Below are positions 1 through 9,805 of a stretch of 64,000 bases of DNA, one piece after another (within the stretch, counting starts at the first letter, position 1; each line of letters begins with the position of its first letter). The position numbers and the translations under genes were made by a program. Under the pieces are notes generated by a model. The model was not told the DNA's origin and did not search any database. It was given only the letters and a program-made list of their open reading frames with translations. This DNA is from Candidatus Aminicenantes bacterium (GTDB taxonomy: Bacteria; Acidobacteriota; Aminicenantia; Aminicenantales; JAFGAV01), in contig OY970122.1 in assembly GCA_963705895.1 (NCBI GenBank), positions 3,178,383-3,242,382 on the forward strand, read 5' to 3'.

Positions 1-1592
1 AGGACCGGCTTGTCGGCGGGAACGAAACCGGCGAATGAAGCGGTGTGCTTCCTCTCCGAATAGGCCTTCAGGGCCGCGTCCCACTTTTGGGTCGTGCCCG
101 TTTTGCCCGCGACCCGATAGCCGTCCAGCCGGGCTTCGACTCCCGTGCCCTCCTCAACGACCTGCTCCAGGATGCCGGTCAGCGTCTCCGCGGTATCCTG
201 GGGCAGGACGCGCAGGGCTTCGGTCCGTCCCTGTGTCGGCAGAGGCTCGGCCGTGTCGACGACCCGCCGGACGATCCGGGGCGGAACCATGACCCCGCGA
301 TTGGCCAGGGTGTTGATCACCTGCAAGATCTGAAGGGGCGTGGCCGCGACCTCGTAGCCCGTGGACATGGCCGCAATCGTGCGTCGGCTCCAGGCCGAGA
401 GCGGCTGAAGCCTCCCGGGCGACTCGCCGGCCAGGTCGATCCCGGACTTCCGGCCGAAGCCGAAGGCGACGGCCATCTCGCGCAGGGGCTCCGGACCGAC
501 GCGCTGTCCGATCTGGATCATGCCTTTGTTCGAGGAGTTGATGACGACCTGGGGAAAGCTAAGCCAGCCGAAATCCTTGTGATCGCGGATCGGTTTCCCG
601 GGAATGTCAAGGTCCTTTCGACTGCAATCGAAGATATCCCCCATCCCGACCGAGTGATGGGCCAGGGCGGCCGAGGCCGTCACGACCTTAAAGGTCGACC
701 CGGGCTCGTAAGAAAGCTGGATGGCCCGGTTGAACTTGGCGTTCGGCCCGGCCGCGGAAAAGGCGTTCGGGTCGTAGGTCGGAGAACTGGCCATGGCCAG
801 GATCTCCCCGGTAGCGGGAAGGCTGATGAGGACGACGCCCCAATTGGCCAACGTGGCCTGGACCATCCCTTCCAGCTCCCGCTCGGCGATGTACTGAAGG
901 GTGACGTCGATGGTGAGGACGATGTCATGGCTGGGAACGGTCGGCTTCAGCGTCTCGAAATAGTACTCCCGGCGGCGGGCGTCTTTCAGGATGACGGCCT
1001 TTCCCGTCCGGCCCTGAAGAGGCTCGTTGTACGAGTACTCGACTCCGGCCTGGCCGTTGTTATCGACCCCCACGCCGCCGAGGACGTGGGCGGCGAGCCT
1101 GCCGTTGGGATAGAAGCGCATCGTATCCGCGTGGGAATAAACGCCCGGAAGCTTGAGGGCCTCGATGGCCGCGGCCGTCTCGGGCGAGGCTTTGCGTTTG
1201 AGATAGATGAAGGGATCGCCCCTTCGGACTTTGGTCCACAGATCCTGCGCCTCTGACTCGTCCAGGTCGAGGGCTTTGGTCAGGGTCAGGATCTTCCGCC
1301 GCTGGGCCTCGACCCCCTCGCCCTTGACCGGCGTCAGGAAGAGCGAGCGGGCGGGGATGCTCTGGGCCAGGATCTGGCCGTTCCGGTCGAAAATCGTCCC
1401 GCGGTTGGGGAAGATGACCTGGGTGTTGCGGCTCTGTTCCATGACCTCGGCCTCTGAAGCCGCATGCCGGAAGATCTGGAGCTGGACCAGGCGTCCGACC
1501 AGAAGGGCGGCCCAGCCCAGGAGCAATGCCGTAAGAATGCGGACCCGGCCGTTGACCTTCTTGGCGAATGGCTCTCGAAGGGGACTCTTCAT
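1..1592 (-). CDS. ftsI: Class B penicillin-binding protein (septal transpeptidase FtsI/PBP3), runs off the window start
   Basis: Absent from the ORF track because it is truncated. Manual translation from ATG at 1592 gives MKSPLREPFAKK..., a TM helix, RGTIFDRNG and the active-site motif YEPGSTFK (~690-710). ATGA overlap with ftsL; dcw gene order. Confidence 0.92.
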   Translation of the reverse strand, partial: MKSPLREPFAKKVNGRVRILTALLLGWAALLVGRLVQLQIFRHAASEAEVMEQSRNTQVIFPNRGTIFDRNGQILAQSIPARSLFLTPVKGEGVEAQRRKILTLTKALDLDESEAQDLWTKVRRGDPFIYLKRKASPETAAAIEALKLPGVYSHADTMRFYPNGRLAAHVLGGVGVDNNGQAGVEYSYNEPLQGRTGKAVILKDARRREYYFETLKPTVPSHDIVLTIDVTLQYIAERELEGMVQATLANWGVVLISLPATGEILAMASSPTYDPNAFSAAGPNAKFNRAIQLSYEPGSTFKVVTASAALAHHSVGMGDIFDCSRKDLDIPGKPIRDHKDFGWLSFPQVVINSSNKGMIQIGQRVGPEPLREMAVAFGFGRKSGIDLAGESPGRLQPLSAWSRRTIAAMSTGYEVAATPLQILQVINTLANRGVMVPPRIVRRVVDTAEPLPTQGRTEALRVLPQDTAETLTGILEQVVEEGTGVEARLDGYRVAGKTGTTQKWDAALKAYSERKHTASFAGFVPADKPV

Positions 1593-1891
1593 TTGTGCGG
1601 CTCGACGGTGGTCTCATAGATGACCTGTCCCGGCTGAGGGTCGACGAGCTTCAGGTCTTCCCGGGCCACCTTTTCCACCCGGCCCAGCGAAAGAAGTGCG
1701 GCTCTTCTTGCTTCCAGAGTCTTGACCTCATCCCGGAGCGTGGTGAGCCGGACCTCGAGGTCGCGCTGGACCAGGCCCAGGCGGGCTGTCTCGGTCAGGT
1801 GCCGGAGGTAGAAGATCAGGATGAGGATGGTCAGCCCGAAGACCACGAGTCCCAGGACAAGCCGTCGCCGGGGGATCTTCTTCCTGACCAT
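1589..1891 (-). CDS. ftsL: Cell division protein FtsL
   Basis: 100 aa with basic N-terminus, one TM helix, heptad coiled coil and RVEKVAREDLKL; lies between rsmH and ftsI. Confidence 0.85.
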   Translation of the reverse strand: MVRKKIPRRRLVLGLVVFGLTILILIFYLRHLTETARLGLVQRDLEVRLTTLRDEVKTLEARRAALLSLGRVEKVAREDLKLVDPQPGQVIYETTVEPHK

Positions 1892-2788
1892 CTAGATCTT
1901 CTCCGCGGCCCGGAGCTTGGCCGAGTGACTGCGGGAATTGTATTCGACCTCCTCATCGCCGGGGACGACGGGTTTCTTCGTCAGGAGGTTAAGGACGGCC
2001 GGACCGGCCTCCGGATGCGCCAGCCGATGGAAGGTTTTCTTCACGATCCGGTCCTCCAGGGAATGGAAGGTAATGAGGACCAGCCGGCAGGCCGAGGGCG
2101 CGATCCCCACCAATCGCTCCAGGAACGCGGCCAGGCCCTCGAGCTCCTGGTTGACCTCGATCCGCAGCGCTTGGAAGACCTTGGCCGCCGGATGAAGCTT
2201 GCCCCTCTGCGGCCGCCATCGGCAGACGTCCTCCACCAGGCGGCGAAGCTCGACCGTGCGTTCGATCGCGTGGAGCTTACGGACGGCGACGATTCGTCGG
2301 GCCAGTGGCTTGGCCTGACGGAGTTCTCCGTGGTTGCGGAAGACGGCGGCCAGCTTGGGTTCGGAGTATCTTTCCAGGACCTTGGCCGCGGTTATCCTGT
2401 TGCGAAAGTCGAAGCGCATGTCCAGCGGACCGTCGAGGTTGTAACTGAACCCGCGCCCGGGATCGTCGAGCTGGAACGAGGACAAGCCCAGGTCAAGAAG
2501 AACCCCCCGAAGCTGGGATAGGTCGAGGTTGAGGTCCGGGATGTAGCGATAGTCGGCGTGGTAGAGGCTGACCCTGTTGCCGTAGGGCGCCAGCCGGGAT
2601 TTGGCCGCATCGAGCGTGGTTTCATCGACGTCGAATCCGATGAGTGTCGCCCGGGGGTTGGCTTGGAGGATGGCCGCGGCGTGCCCGGCCAGGCCGAGCG
2701 TGCCGTCGATATACGTCCCGGGACGGGAAGCGTCGAGGAATTCGAGCGCCTCCTTCAGGAGAACCGGGACATGTCCCTTATCGCTCAT
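1892..2788 (-). CDS. rsmH: 16S rRNA m4C1402 methyltransferase RsmH (MraW)
   Basis: HVPVLL, DGTLGLAGH, DLGLSSFQLD, GPLDMR, FQALRIEVNQE, ITFHSLEDRIVK, SAKLR motifs. Confidence 0.97.
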   Translation of the reverse strand: MSDKGHVPVLLKEALEFLDASRPGTYIDGTLGLAGHAAAILQANPRATLIGFDVDETTLDAAKSRLAPYGNRVSLYHADYRYIPDLNLDLSQLRGVLLDLGLSSFQLDDPGRGFSYNLDGPLDMRFDFRNRITAAKVLERYSEPKLAAVFRNHGELRQAKPLARRIVAVRKLHAIERTVELRRLVEDVCRWRPQRGKLHPAAKVFQALRIEVNQELEGLAAFLERLVGIAPSACRLVLITFHSLEDRIVKKTFHRLAHPEAGPAVLNLLTKKPVVPGDEEVEYNSRSHSAKLRAAEKI

Positions 2789-3252
2789 TCGTCTTTTCCG
2801 GGCGACATGATGCGAGCGATGTTTTCAAAATCCCTGTCGGTCAGGGGTTTGCCCTGGAGCTTCTGGTCGAGCTGGCCCTTGTCCCAGACCTCAAGGTGAT
2901 TGGTCATGCCGATGACCACGACTTCGTCCTGGAGCTTGGCCTGCTCGCGCAGGGTTTGGTTGATCAGGACGCGGCCCTTGGAGTCGATCTCGACGCCGTT
3001 GCCCTTGCGATTGACGTTGAGCATGAAGTGACGGACATCGGGACGGAAATGGACGGCGCCTTCTTTGGTGACGCCCGAAAGAGCGGTCCAGACCTGCAGG
3101 GGATAGACGTGAACCGAATCATCCGTGAGCGAGGTGATGAAAAGTTCCTTGCCGTATTCTTCCTCGATCGCGGACCTGAATTTTTCAGGAATCTTGAGTC
3201 TCCCGCTTTTATCGAGCTTGGCGGGGTAGCTTCCGATCAATAGATATCCCAT
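2785..3252 (-). CDS. mraZ: Division/cell wall cluster transcriptional repressor MraZ
   Basis: Two SpoVT/AbrB repeats (LDKSGRLKIP, IDSKGRVLI) and HLEVW; first gene of the dcw cluster. Start placed at ATG 3252, downstream of the promoter. Confidence 0.93.
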   Translation of the reverse strand: MGYLLIGSYPAKLDKSGRLKIPEKFRSAIEEEYGKELFITSLTDDSVHVYPLQVWTALSGVTKEGAVHFRPDVRHFMLNVNRKGNGVEIDSKGRVLINQTLREQAKLQDEVVVIGMTNHLEVWDKGQLDQKLQGKPLTDRDFENIARIMSPGKDE

Positions 3253-3311
3253 TTCGTCCCTATTTGTCCCGTTTTTAATCAAAATATAGGGGATAAAATA
3301 TTAAAAGTCAA
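3243..3311 (-). promoter_or_regulatory. Sigma70-type dcw promoter with three MraZ-box-like GGGA repeats at 10-bp period
   Basis: Minus strand TTGACT-17bp-TATATT (3311-3283), followed by ACGGGACAAA TAGGGACGAA ATGGGATATC; the last unit overlaps the mraZ ATG. Confidence 0.7.
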
Positions 3312-3421
3312 GGAAAAAAAGCTAAAATATTCCTTATTTATATAAAGGGGTTTAACAAACTGGGGCAGAAATACTGAGGTTTTAAGGGGAAGAGCTTATT
3401 TTCGAGGTCCGCAGGGAAATA

Positions 3422-3697
3422 CTACTTTCCCTCGCGCGCGTCGATCTTGAGCTTTTTGAGTAATTTCTCGGCCAGGGGTAGATCCTCTTCCAGAACGCAG
3501 ATCTTGATGGCTCCCATCCCGTCCGTTGTCTGGGGCAGGATCGATTGGGCTCCGCTGCCTTTGAACACGCTCCTGATCCCATTGCTTTCGAGGTAGCTTC
3601 GTATCACTTCAGCTTCCACAAAGCCCTGAGAGGTGTGGACTTCCTTAAGAGACTGACTCGCTTGTGCGTCCTTGGGTCTTTTCAGCTTGGGGCTCAC
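3422..3697 (-). CDS. DUF2007 / putative signal-transducing small protein
   Basis: EAEVIRSYLESNGI ... IKICVLEEDLPLAEKLL pattern is typical of DUF2007. Confidence 0.7.
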   Translation of the reverse strand: MSPKLKRPKDAQASQSLKEVHTSQGFVEAEVIRSYLESNGIRSVFKGSGAQSILPQTTDGMGAIKICVLEEDLPLAEKLLKKLKIDAREGK

Positions 3698-3734
3698 GTT
3701 ATCTTCTCCTTCATCGGCAGGGCTCGCCGGGGTC

Positions 3735-4196
3735 TTACTTGCGCACGGAAAACGGCTTTCCCGAAGCGGATTCCTTGAGCCGGAAGTAGTCGGTCAGGAT
3801 TCGTCGATGGTCGAAGGCGAGAGGGGAAACGATATCCGCGGCCGTGAACACGGCGGCCCGGAGCGCGTCGTCCCGGCCTCGCGGTTCGCCCTGGGCCGAC
3901 GCCACGAAAACAGTGGAGATCGTGTGTCCGCGGGGATCGCGGCCGGGGTCGGAATAGGTGTGGAGCTGGTACTCAAGCTTGACTTCGAGCGAGGTCTCCT
4001 CGAGGGCCTCGCGAACGGCGGCCTGTTCCAGTGTTTCCCCGTAATCGACAAAACCGCCGGGGAGGGCCCAGCCGCAGGGCGGGTTCTTCCTCTCGATGAG
4101 AACGACACCGGGCTGGCCGTCATCACGGATCACTTCGATGATGATGTCGACGGTAGGCACGGGATGCCGATGGCCTTGGCCGCTTTCTTGCTCCAT
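3735..4196 (-). CDS. NUDIX hydrolase
   Basis: Nudix box [26 protein letters not shown] plus RDPRGHTIS and LAFDH; upstream TTGACA-17-TACAAT promoter. Confidence 0.93.
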   Translation of the reverse strand: MEQESGQGHRHPVPTVDIIIEVIRDDGQPGVVLIERKNPPCGWALPGGFVDYGETLEQAAVREALEETSLEVKLEYQLHTYSDPGRDPRGHTISTVFVASAQGEPRGRDDALRAAVFTAADIVSPLAFDHRRILTDYFRLKESASGKPFSVRK

Positions 4197-4354
4197 GAGT
4201 TTCCGCCCTGAAAAAGATTGTATTTCCGGCCCGGGGTGTTGTCAACGGCCCTCACCACCGCGGTCGGCGCGACCCTCCGTCATCGGCGTCCATTTTCCGT
4301 TGTGATAGGTCTTGAATCGTGCCTGGGGCGAGTCCGACGGGCAGGGGGCGAGGG

Positions 4355-5638
4355 TTACGACGCGGCCAAAAAGCATCGCATCTGCAGCAGGGGCAGACTC
4401 AGCAATTCCAGGAAAACCCGGGACTTGTTCTGAAAGTCAGCCAGGTATTCCTTCCGCACCGGGTCGGCCGACTTGAAGCGATACCCGAGGGGATTGATGT
4501 AGCTGCCGTGGCAGGTGATCCGGTAATCGAGGTGCGGGCCGGTGGCCTCTCCGGTTGCGCCGACATAGCCGATGATCTTGCCGCTCTCGACCTCGACGCC
4601 GGGACGGATGCCCTCCGCGAATCCGCTGAGGTGCAGGTACATCGTCTCGTAGCCTCCTTTGTGCCGGATCTGGACCATCCGTCCGGCTCCGCCGTCCCAG
4701 GCGGCGAAGATGATCGTCCCCGGGGCCGTCGCCTTGACCGGCGTGCCCACGGCGGCCGCGAAGTCCACGGCGTAGTGGGAGGTATAGATCTTGAGGATCG
4801 GGTGGAAGCGGCTGGCGGTGAAGCGTGAGGTGATGCGGCTGTACTTAAGGGGCGATTTCATGAACTCCTTGCGCATCGAGCCGCCTTCGGCATCGTAGAA
4901 ATCGGACTTGCCCGTGTCGGGATACGCATAGCGAACGGCCCGGAATAGCTTGCCGGCGTTGACGTACTCGGCGGCCAGGACATCGCCGTAGCTCACGAAC
5001 TTATCGCCCAGGTATTTCTTCTGGACGATGAGCGCGAACTGATCGCCGTGTCGCGCGTCCAGGTAGAAATCGACATCCCAGGCGAAGATCTCGGCGAAAT
5101 CCATGGCCAGGGAGTCCGCTTCGCCCGCCTTGTTGAACGCGGCGATGGCAGTGTCCTCGATCGTGCCCCAGACCAGGGCCGGCCGGATCTCGTAGGGAAA
5201 CGGATTGATCTCAGCGGCGAAACCGTTCGCCCGGCGCCGGATGGACAGGTACCCATCCTCGTCGATGTCATATTCGAGCCGCTCCGTGCGCAGGGACGAA
5301 TCGACGTAGAACCGCAGTTCGTGCCCCGCGGTGATGCGACCCGTGTCATAGACGCCTTTGACGTCATCCTTGAGCTTCTCGATTTCGCCGTCCGAGAAAT
5401 CAAAGCGCTTGAGGATCTCGGCCAGGGTTCGGCCCCTGCGGATCTTTTCCTTGTGCTCGATGAGGACCGGCCCGGCTTGGGTCCGGGCGCTCGCGGTCAG
5501 GGGGGTCAAGGGCTTGGCCTCGAGCGCGTCGGTCCGAAGCGCGGTCCCGCCGCGATGGGTCAGGTAGGCCAGCGACCCGATGATGAGGGCCAGGAGCGGC
5601 GACAGGAGGAGCACCAGCAGTGTTCGTTTCCTGTTCAT
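4355..5638 (-). CDS. M23 family peptidoglycan DD-metalloendopeptidase (MepM/Csd3-like)
   Basis: N-terminal TM; C-terminal RFHPI...HYAVDFAA, YLHLS and TGPHLDY zinc motifs. Confidence 0.9.
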   Translation of the reverse strand: MNRKRTLLVLLLSPLLALIIGSLAYLTHRGGTALRTDALEAKPLTPLTASARTQAGPVLIEHKEKIRRGRTLAEILKRFDFSDGEIEKLKDDVKGVYDTGRITAGHELRFYVDSSLRTERLEYDIDEDGYLSIRRRANGFAAEINPFPYEIRPALVWGTIEDTAIAAFNKAGEADSLAMDFAEIFAWDVDFYLDARHGDQFALIVQKKYLGDKFVSYGDVLAAEYVNAGKLFRAVRYAYPDTGKSDFYDAEGGSMRKEFMKSPLKYSRITSRFTASRFHPILKIYTSHYAVDFAAAVGTPVKATAPGTIIFAAWDGGAGRMVQIRHKGGYETMYLHLSGFAEGIRPGVEVESGKIIGYVGATGEATGPHLDYRITCHGSYINPLGYRFKSADPVRKEYLADFQNKSRVFLELLSLPLLQMRCFLAAS

Positions 5639-5724
5639 CCTCGATATCCGCCTTCTTCTCGGAAAACGCCCTCTCCCGCGCTTTGGTTGCGCCGGGCCCG
5701 AAGGGAGCCGCGAGACATCTCGCC

Positions 5725-7203
5725 TTATCTCTGGGCCCAGGCGTACCCGGCTCGGACGGCCAGCTTGGCGACGTCGGCCATGATGTCGGGGTTGATCCGG
5801 TAGATTGTATCACCCGTTTCGTGGTAGGACAAGTGCGGTCCGTTGGAGCCGAATGAGGCCGAGGGGATGCCCTTGAGGAAGAAGGGCGCGAAGTCCGAAC
5901 TGCGAACTCCGATCCCGTGGATTACACCCACGCTTTTGAGGAGCTTGGCGGCCGCGTCGGCCTCCTCGATCGTCTGCTTGAAGGCGGCCGGCTCGGCGCT
6001 GACGCCGCACCAGGCCCCGTCGCCCTCGCCCACCATGTCGAAGTTGAACATCGCCGCGATCTTGGTGAACTGCGGGGGGACGTGGTCGGCCATGTAGGTC
6101 GAACCCTGGAGTCCCATCTCCTCTCCGCCGAACAGGACGAAGACGACCGAGCGCTTGGGCTTGGGACTCATCCCGGCGAAAGCCCGGGCCATGGCCATGA
6201 CCGCCGCACTGCCGCTGGCGTTGTCGTTGGCCCCGGGGTAGATGAAGCCCATGTGCCGGCCGCAGTGATCGAAATGCGCGCCGTAGATGATGCACTCTTT
6301 TTTCAGGGATGGGTCTGAACCCTCGACATACCCGATGATGTTGTATCCGATGCTCTGGGGAAAATGCCTTGATTGAACGACGAAGCGGAGCTTCGAGCTC
6401 AGGGGGAAGGATAGGGGACGCTTGATCGAGCTCAGAGCCTTGGTCAGGTCGGCGCAGGTCGTCGCCCTCTCCTTGAGGATCATGTCGGCGATTTTCTCGC
6501 TGATCTCTCCGGGCGCGAAACCCGCGATCCAGTCGCCGTTGGGGTTGGCGCTCACTTCGGGATAGATGTAGATGATACCCAGCGCGCCCTTCTTCTTGGC
6601 GGTCGCCATGCGCGTCCGGTGCTGATCATGATCCTCGAAACGGTGTTCGGACGGGTCGGGCGTCCCGCGAAAGCAGAGGACGAACCGGCCCTGGACGTCG
6701 ACGCCGGCGTAGTCGTCGTAGGCGAGTTCGGGAGCGGAGATGCCCCAGCCGGCGAAGACCAGGCCGGCTTCGTTGCGGCCGCTATCGGCATAGAGGAGGG
6801 GCATGAACTCCCTGTTCGGCTCGAGGACGGTTTCTTTGTAGGCCGGTTTTTTGTCGCCGGCGGGGTCTCCCTCGGGGAGGAGAAGCGTCATTTCGGCCTT
6901 GTCCACGGTCGTGTAGGGGGACGAATAGGCTTGGAGATAGCCCTCCTTGGCGCTCCCCGCGCGCAGGCCCCATTCCTTGAACTTCGCGGCGGCCCACTTT
7001 GCCGCCCGGGTGTAGCCCTCGGAGCCGGTCTGCCGCCCGGCGAACTCGGGCGAGGCCATGATCCGGCAATAGAGATACGGGTCGCAGGGATTGATGGAGG
7101 CGACGGCCCGCTCCAGGTTCTTATCAAGAGCCGGGGCGGAAGCCGCCCATCCTGTCAATAACACGGAGATCACGAATACCGCAAAAACGATTCGCTGGGT
7201 CAT
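5725..7203 (-). CDS. Secreted M28 aminopeptidase with PA domain
   Basis: Signal peptide; AHFDHCG, GANDNASG, GGEEMG, NFDMVG, SDFAPF, YHETGD; PA insert YDDYAGVDVQG. Confidence 0.9.
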   Translation of the reverse strand: MTQRIVFAVFVISVLLTGWAASAPALDKNLERAVASINPCDPYLYCRIMASPEFAGRQTGSEGYTRAAKWAAAKFKEWGLRAGSAKEGYLQAYSSPYTTVDKAEMTLLLPEGDPAGDKKPAYKETVLEPNREFMPLLYADSGRNEAGLVFAGWGISAPELAYDDYAGVDVQGRFVLCFRGTPDPSEHRFEDHDQHRTRMATAKKKGALGIIYIYPEVSANPNGDWIAGFAPGEISEKIADMILKERATTCADLTKALSSIKRPLSFPLSSKLRFVVQSRHFPQSIGYNIIGYVEGSDPSLKKECIIYGAHFDHCGRHMGFIYPGANDNASGSAAVMAMARAFAGMSPKPKRSVVFVLFGGEEMGLQGSTYMADHVPPQFTKIAAMFNFDMVGEGDGAWCGVSAEPAAFKQTIEEADAAAKLLKSVGVIHGIGVRSSDFAPFFLKGIPSASFGSNGPHLSYHETGDTIYRINPDIMADVAKLAVRAGYAWAQR

Positions 7204-7213
7204 GAGGACTCCT

Positions 7214-7399
7214 TTAGGATTTTTTGCCGCGCTTTCGGGCGATCTCTTGTTTCACCTGGGGATGAAGGGCGACGAAATAATAGAAGGCCAGACAGCCCAG
7301 GATCAGGAAGCCGCGGGTCAGGTTCCCTTGAATGAGCGAAACGACGGCCCAGCCCAGGACTCCCAAGAGAAGCAGGAGATGGATAAATGCGAAAACCAC
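7214..7399 (-). CDS. Small two-TM membrane protein, function unknown
   Basis: 61 aa with two hydrophobic segments and a basic tail; fills the gap between ppiA and the peptidase on the same strand. Confidence 0.55.
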   Translation of the reverse strand: MVFAFIHLLLLLGVLGWAVVSLIQGNLTRGFLILGCLAFYYFVALHPQVKQEIARKRGKKS

Positions 7400-7407
7400 G
7401 TCCGGTG

Positions 7408-7992
7408 CTAGCTGACGATGCTACGGATGGACAGGATGGTGACGGTCTCCAGGGGCACGTCCTTCGCCCCGTGCTTGATCCCCACAGGGACCTTGGCGAT
7501 GGCGTCCACGACCTCCAGCCCGGCCACGACTTTGCCGAAGACGCAGTAACCGAAGCCGTCCAGAGTGTTGTTCTGGTGGTCCAGCCCCGGATTATCGACC
7601 GTGTTGATGAAAAACTGGCTGGTCGCGCTGTCCACCTCGGGTGTCCGGGCCATGGCGATCGTGCCCCGTGCGTTGCTGAGTCCGTTTCCGGCTTCATTCT
7701 TGATGGGGGCCATGGTCGCCTTTTCATGAAAATCCGGGGTCAGCCCGCCGCCCTGGATCATAAAATCCTGGATGACCCGGTGGAAGATCGTTCCGTCATA
7801 GGATTTCTTATCGACATAGGCCAGGAAATTCTTGACCGTGATCGGCGCTTTGGCGGGGTTGAGCTCGACGGTGATATCGCCCTTGCTCGTTGTTATGATC
7901 ACCCTGGGGTTCGCCGCGGGCTTGGCGGTGAGTGTTGCGTTCAGGGACAGGAGCAGCATCCCCATGGCAATGAAGGATATCAAGTCTCTCAT
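7408..7992 (-). CDS. ppiA: Periplasmic cyclophilin-type peptidyl-prolyl isomerase
   Basis: [45 protein letters not shown]; signal peptide from ATG 7992. Confidence 0.92.
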   Translation of the reverse strand: MRDLISFIAMGMLLLSLNATLTAKPAANPRVIITTSKGDITVELNPAKAPITVKNFLAYVDKKSYDGTIFHRVIQDFMIQGGGLTPDFHEKATMAPIKNEAGNGLSNARGTIAMARTPEVDSATSQFFINTVDNPGLDHQNNTLDGFGYCVFGKVVAGLEVVDAIAKVPVGIKHGAKDVPLETVTILSIRSIVS

Positions 7993-8242
7993 GGAAGCCT
8001 CCTCGGGAACTTCGCTATTTCGACACTTCAAGATAGCAGAAGCCCCCGGATGAATCAACTTCAGTCCGAACCTGCCGGAGGTACGTCCTCCGTCCCTGCC
8101 GGCTCAGGCTCGATTTCAGGCGGGGGAGGCCGATCCTCCGCTGAACGTCGTTCCTCAGACCCGGGCCCGGATCCCGCATTCCTTTACTTTTTCCGGCATT
8201 GCGCTATCATTGAAACCTACTCTTTCAAGGAGGATGAACGCC

Positions 8243-9802
8243 ATGCGCCGGAAGAAGACTTGCGCCCTCATATTTTCCTTCCTTTGTGTTATCGGCTTTT
8301 CGGTCTCCGCGGGTCAGGCCCTGCAGCCGCAACAGCCGTCGGTTGCGTCAGATCAGGCTCTTCTCGACGCCTTGCAGTCGATCGACGGCCGGACGCTCTA
8401 CAATTACGTCTGGGAGCTGACCTCGGACAAGTTCGGAGGCCGGCTGACGGGCACGCCCGAGTTCAACCTGTGTGCGGATTGGGTCGCCTCGCTGCTGAAG
8501 AAGTGGGGCGTTGAGCCCGCCGGCGACAAAGGGACGTACTTCCAGGCGTTTCCCAATCCCTACACCCTGGTCTTCAAGGGCTGCGAAGCGTATCTCCACA
8601 TCCCGGTCGGCGGAGCCAAGACCAAGGCGGAGATCAAGAAATATTATCGCTTTGATGATGAGTTCATCCCGGGCGGAACCTCCGGCTCGGGCGAAGTCAC
8701 GGCCGAGGTCATCTACGTCGGCTACGGCATCAGTGCTCCCGAACTCGGCTATGACGACTACAAGGGAGTGGACGTCAAGGGCAAGATCGTGCTCATGGAA
8801 CGGGAAGTCCCGGTCGATCCCGAGGCGAACCCCGAGGTCTTCATGAAGTGGCGTCCCTATTCCTTCCATCAATACAAGCTCGAAACGGCCGCGGCCAAGG
8901 GAGCCAAGGGCATGATCTATAATTATGGACCCATCGGCAACCCCAACAATTCCTTTCGCGAAGGCTTCATCTACAGCCATGTGGGCGACGTCGTCGTGGG
9001 AGACATCTTCGCCGGGACGGGTCGCAACCACGCCGATATCGTCAATAAAATCAATAAGTTACTTGTGCCGCAGTCCTTTGCCACAGGCAAGGTCATGACC
9101 CTCAAGAATATGACCGAGCACCATCCCGAGGGAATCGGATATAGCGTCCTCGGGGTCATCCGCGGAACGGACCCGGCCCTGAAGGACGAGGTCATCATCA
9201 TGGGCGGTCATCTCGACCATCTCGGCCGCGCCCCGGAGTTGATGCCTGGGGCCAATGACAACGCGGCCTCCGTGGCGGCCATGCTTGGGCAGGCCGAGGC
9301 CATGGCCAAGTGCGCGGTCAAGCCGCGGCGCTCGGTCCTGTTTTGTTTTTTCGGCGCGGAAGAGCAGGCTGTCAAGGGATCGCAATTCTACACCGAGCAT
9401 CCGGTGTTTCCCCTGGAGAAGACCATGGCCATGATCAATCTGGAGGGCGTGGGCGAGGGCAGCAAGTTTCACGTCCTGGCCGGGAAGAACTTTCCGGGCC
9501 TCTACAGGTTCTTCGAGCAGGCTGACCAGAAATACATCCACCGGGTGATCGTCGGTTCACCCTTCGCCAACATCGCCCGGCCGCGTCAAGACGTGACGTG
9601 GTTCCTGTGGAAGGGCGTCCCGGGCGTCACCCTCAGCGCCTTCGGCGCGGCCGAAACGTCCGGGCCGACCTACCACAACACCCGGGACAACCTGAGCTTG
9701 ATCCAGTCGCCGATCCTCGAGGACGCTTCGCGTCTCCTGTTCCTGACCGTCGAGAACCTGGTCAAGGCGGACAAGATCGATTTCCGGACCAAGAGCAACT
9801 GA
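8243..9802 (+). CDS. Secreted M28 aminopeptidase with PA domain (paralog of 5725-7203)
   Basis: AAGGAGG RBS; signal peptide; GHLDHLG, GANDNAAS, GAEEQ, YHNTRD; PA insert YDDYKGVDVKGK. Confidence 0.9.
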   Translation: MRRKKTCALIFSFLCVIGFSVSAGQALQPQQPSVASDQALLDALQSIDGRTLYNYVWELTSDKFGGRLTGTPEFNLCADWVASLLKKWGVEPAGDKGTYFQAFPNPYTLVFKGCEAYLHIPVGGAKTKAEIKKYYRFDDEFIPGGTSGSGEVTAEVIYVGYGISAPELGYDDYKGVDVKGKIVLMEREVPVDPEANPEVFMKWRPYSFHQYKLETAAAKGAKGMIYNYGPIGNPNNSFREGFIYSHVGDVVVGDIFAGTGRNHADIVNKINKLLVPQSFATGKVMTLKNMTEHHPEGIGYSVLGVIRGTDPALKDEVIIMGGHLDHLGRAPELMPGANDNAASVAAMLGQAEAMAKCAVKPRRSVLFCFFGAEEQAVKGSQFYTEHPVFPLEKTMAMINLEGVGEGSKFHVLAGKNFPGLYRFFEQADQKYIHRVIVGSPFANIARPRQDVTWFLWKGVPGVTLSAFGAAETSGPTYHNTRDNLSLIQSPILEDASRLLFLTVENLVKADKIDFRTKSN

Positions 9803-9805
9803 GGA

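Noticed and set aside
45-1256. 403-aa plus-strand ORF and similar long antisense ORFs (e.g. 1568-2521, 23770-25092, 36439-37584, 53069-54178)
   Set aside because: Each lies opposite a clearly identified gene (ftsI, rsmH, dnaG, glmU, pstS/C).
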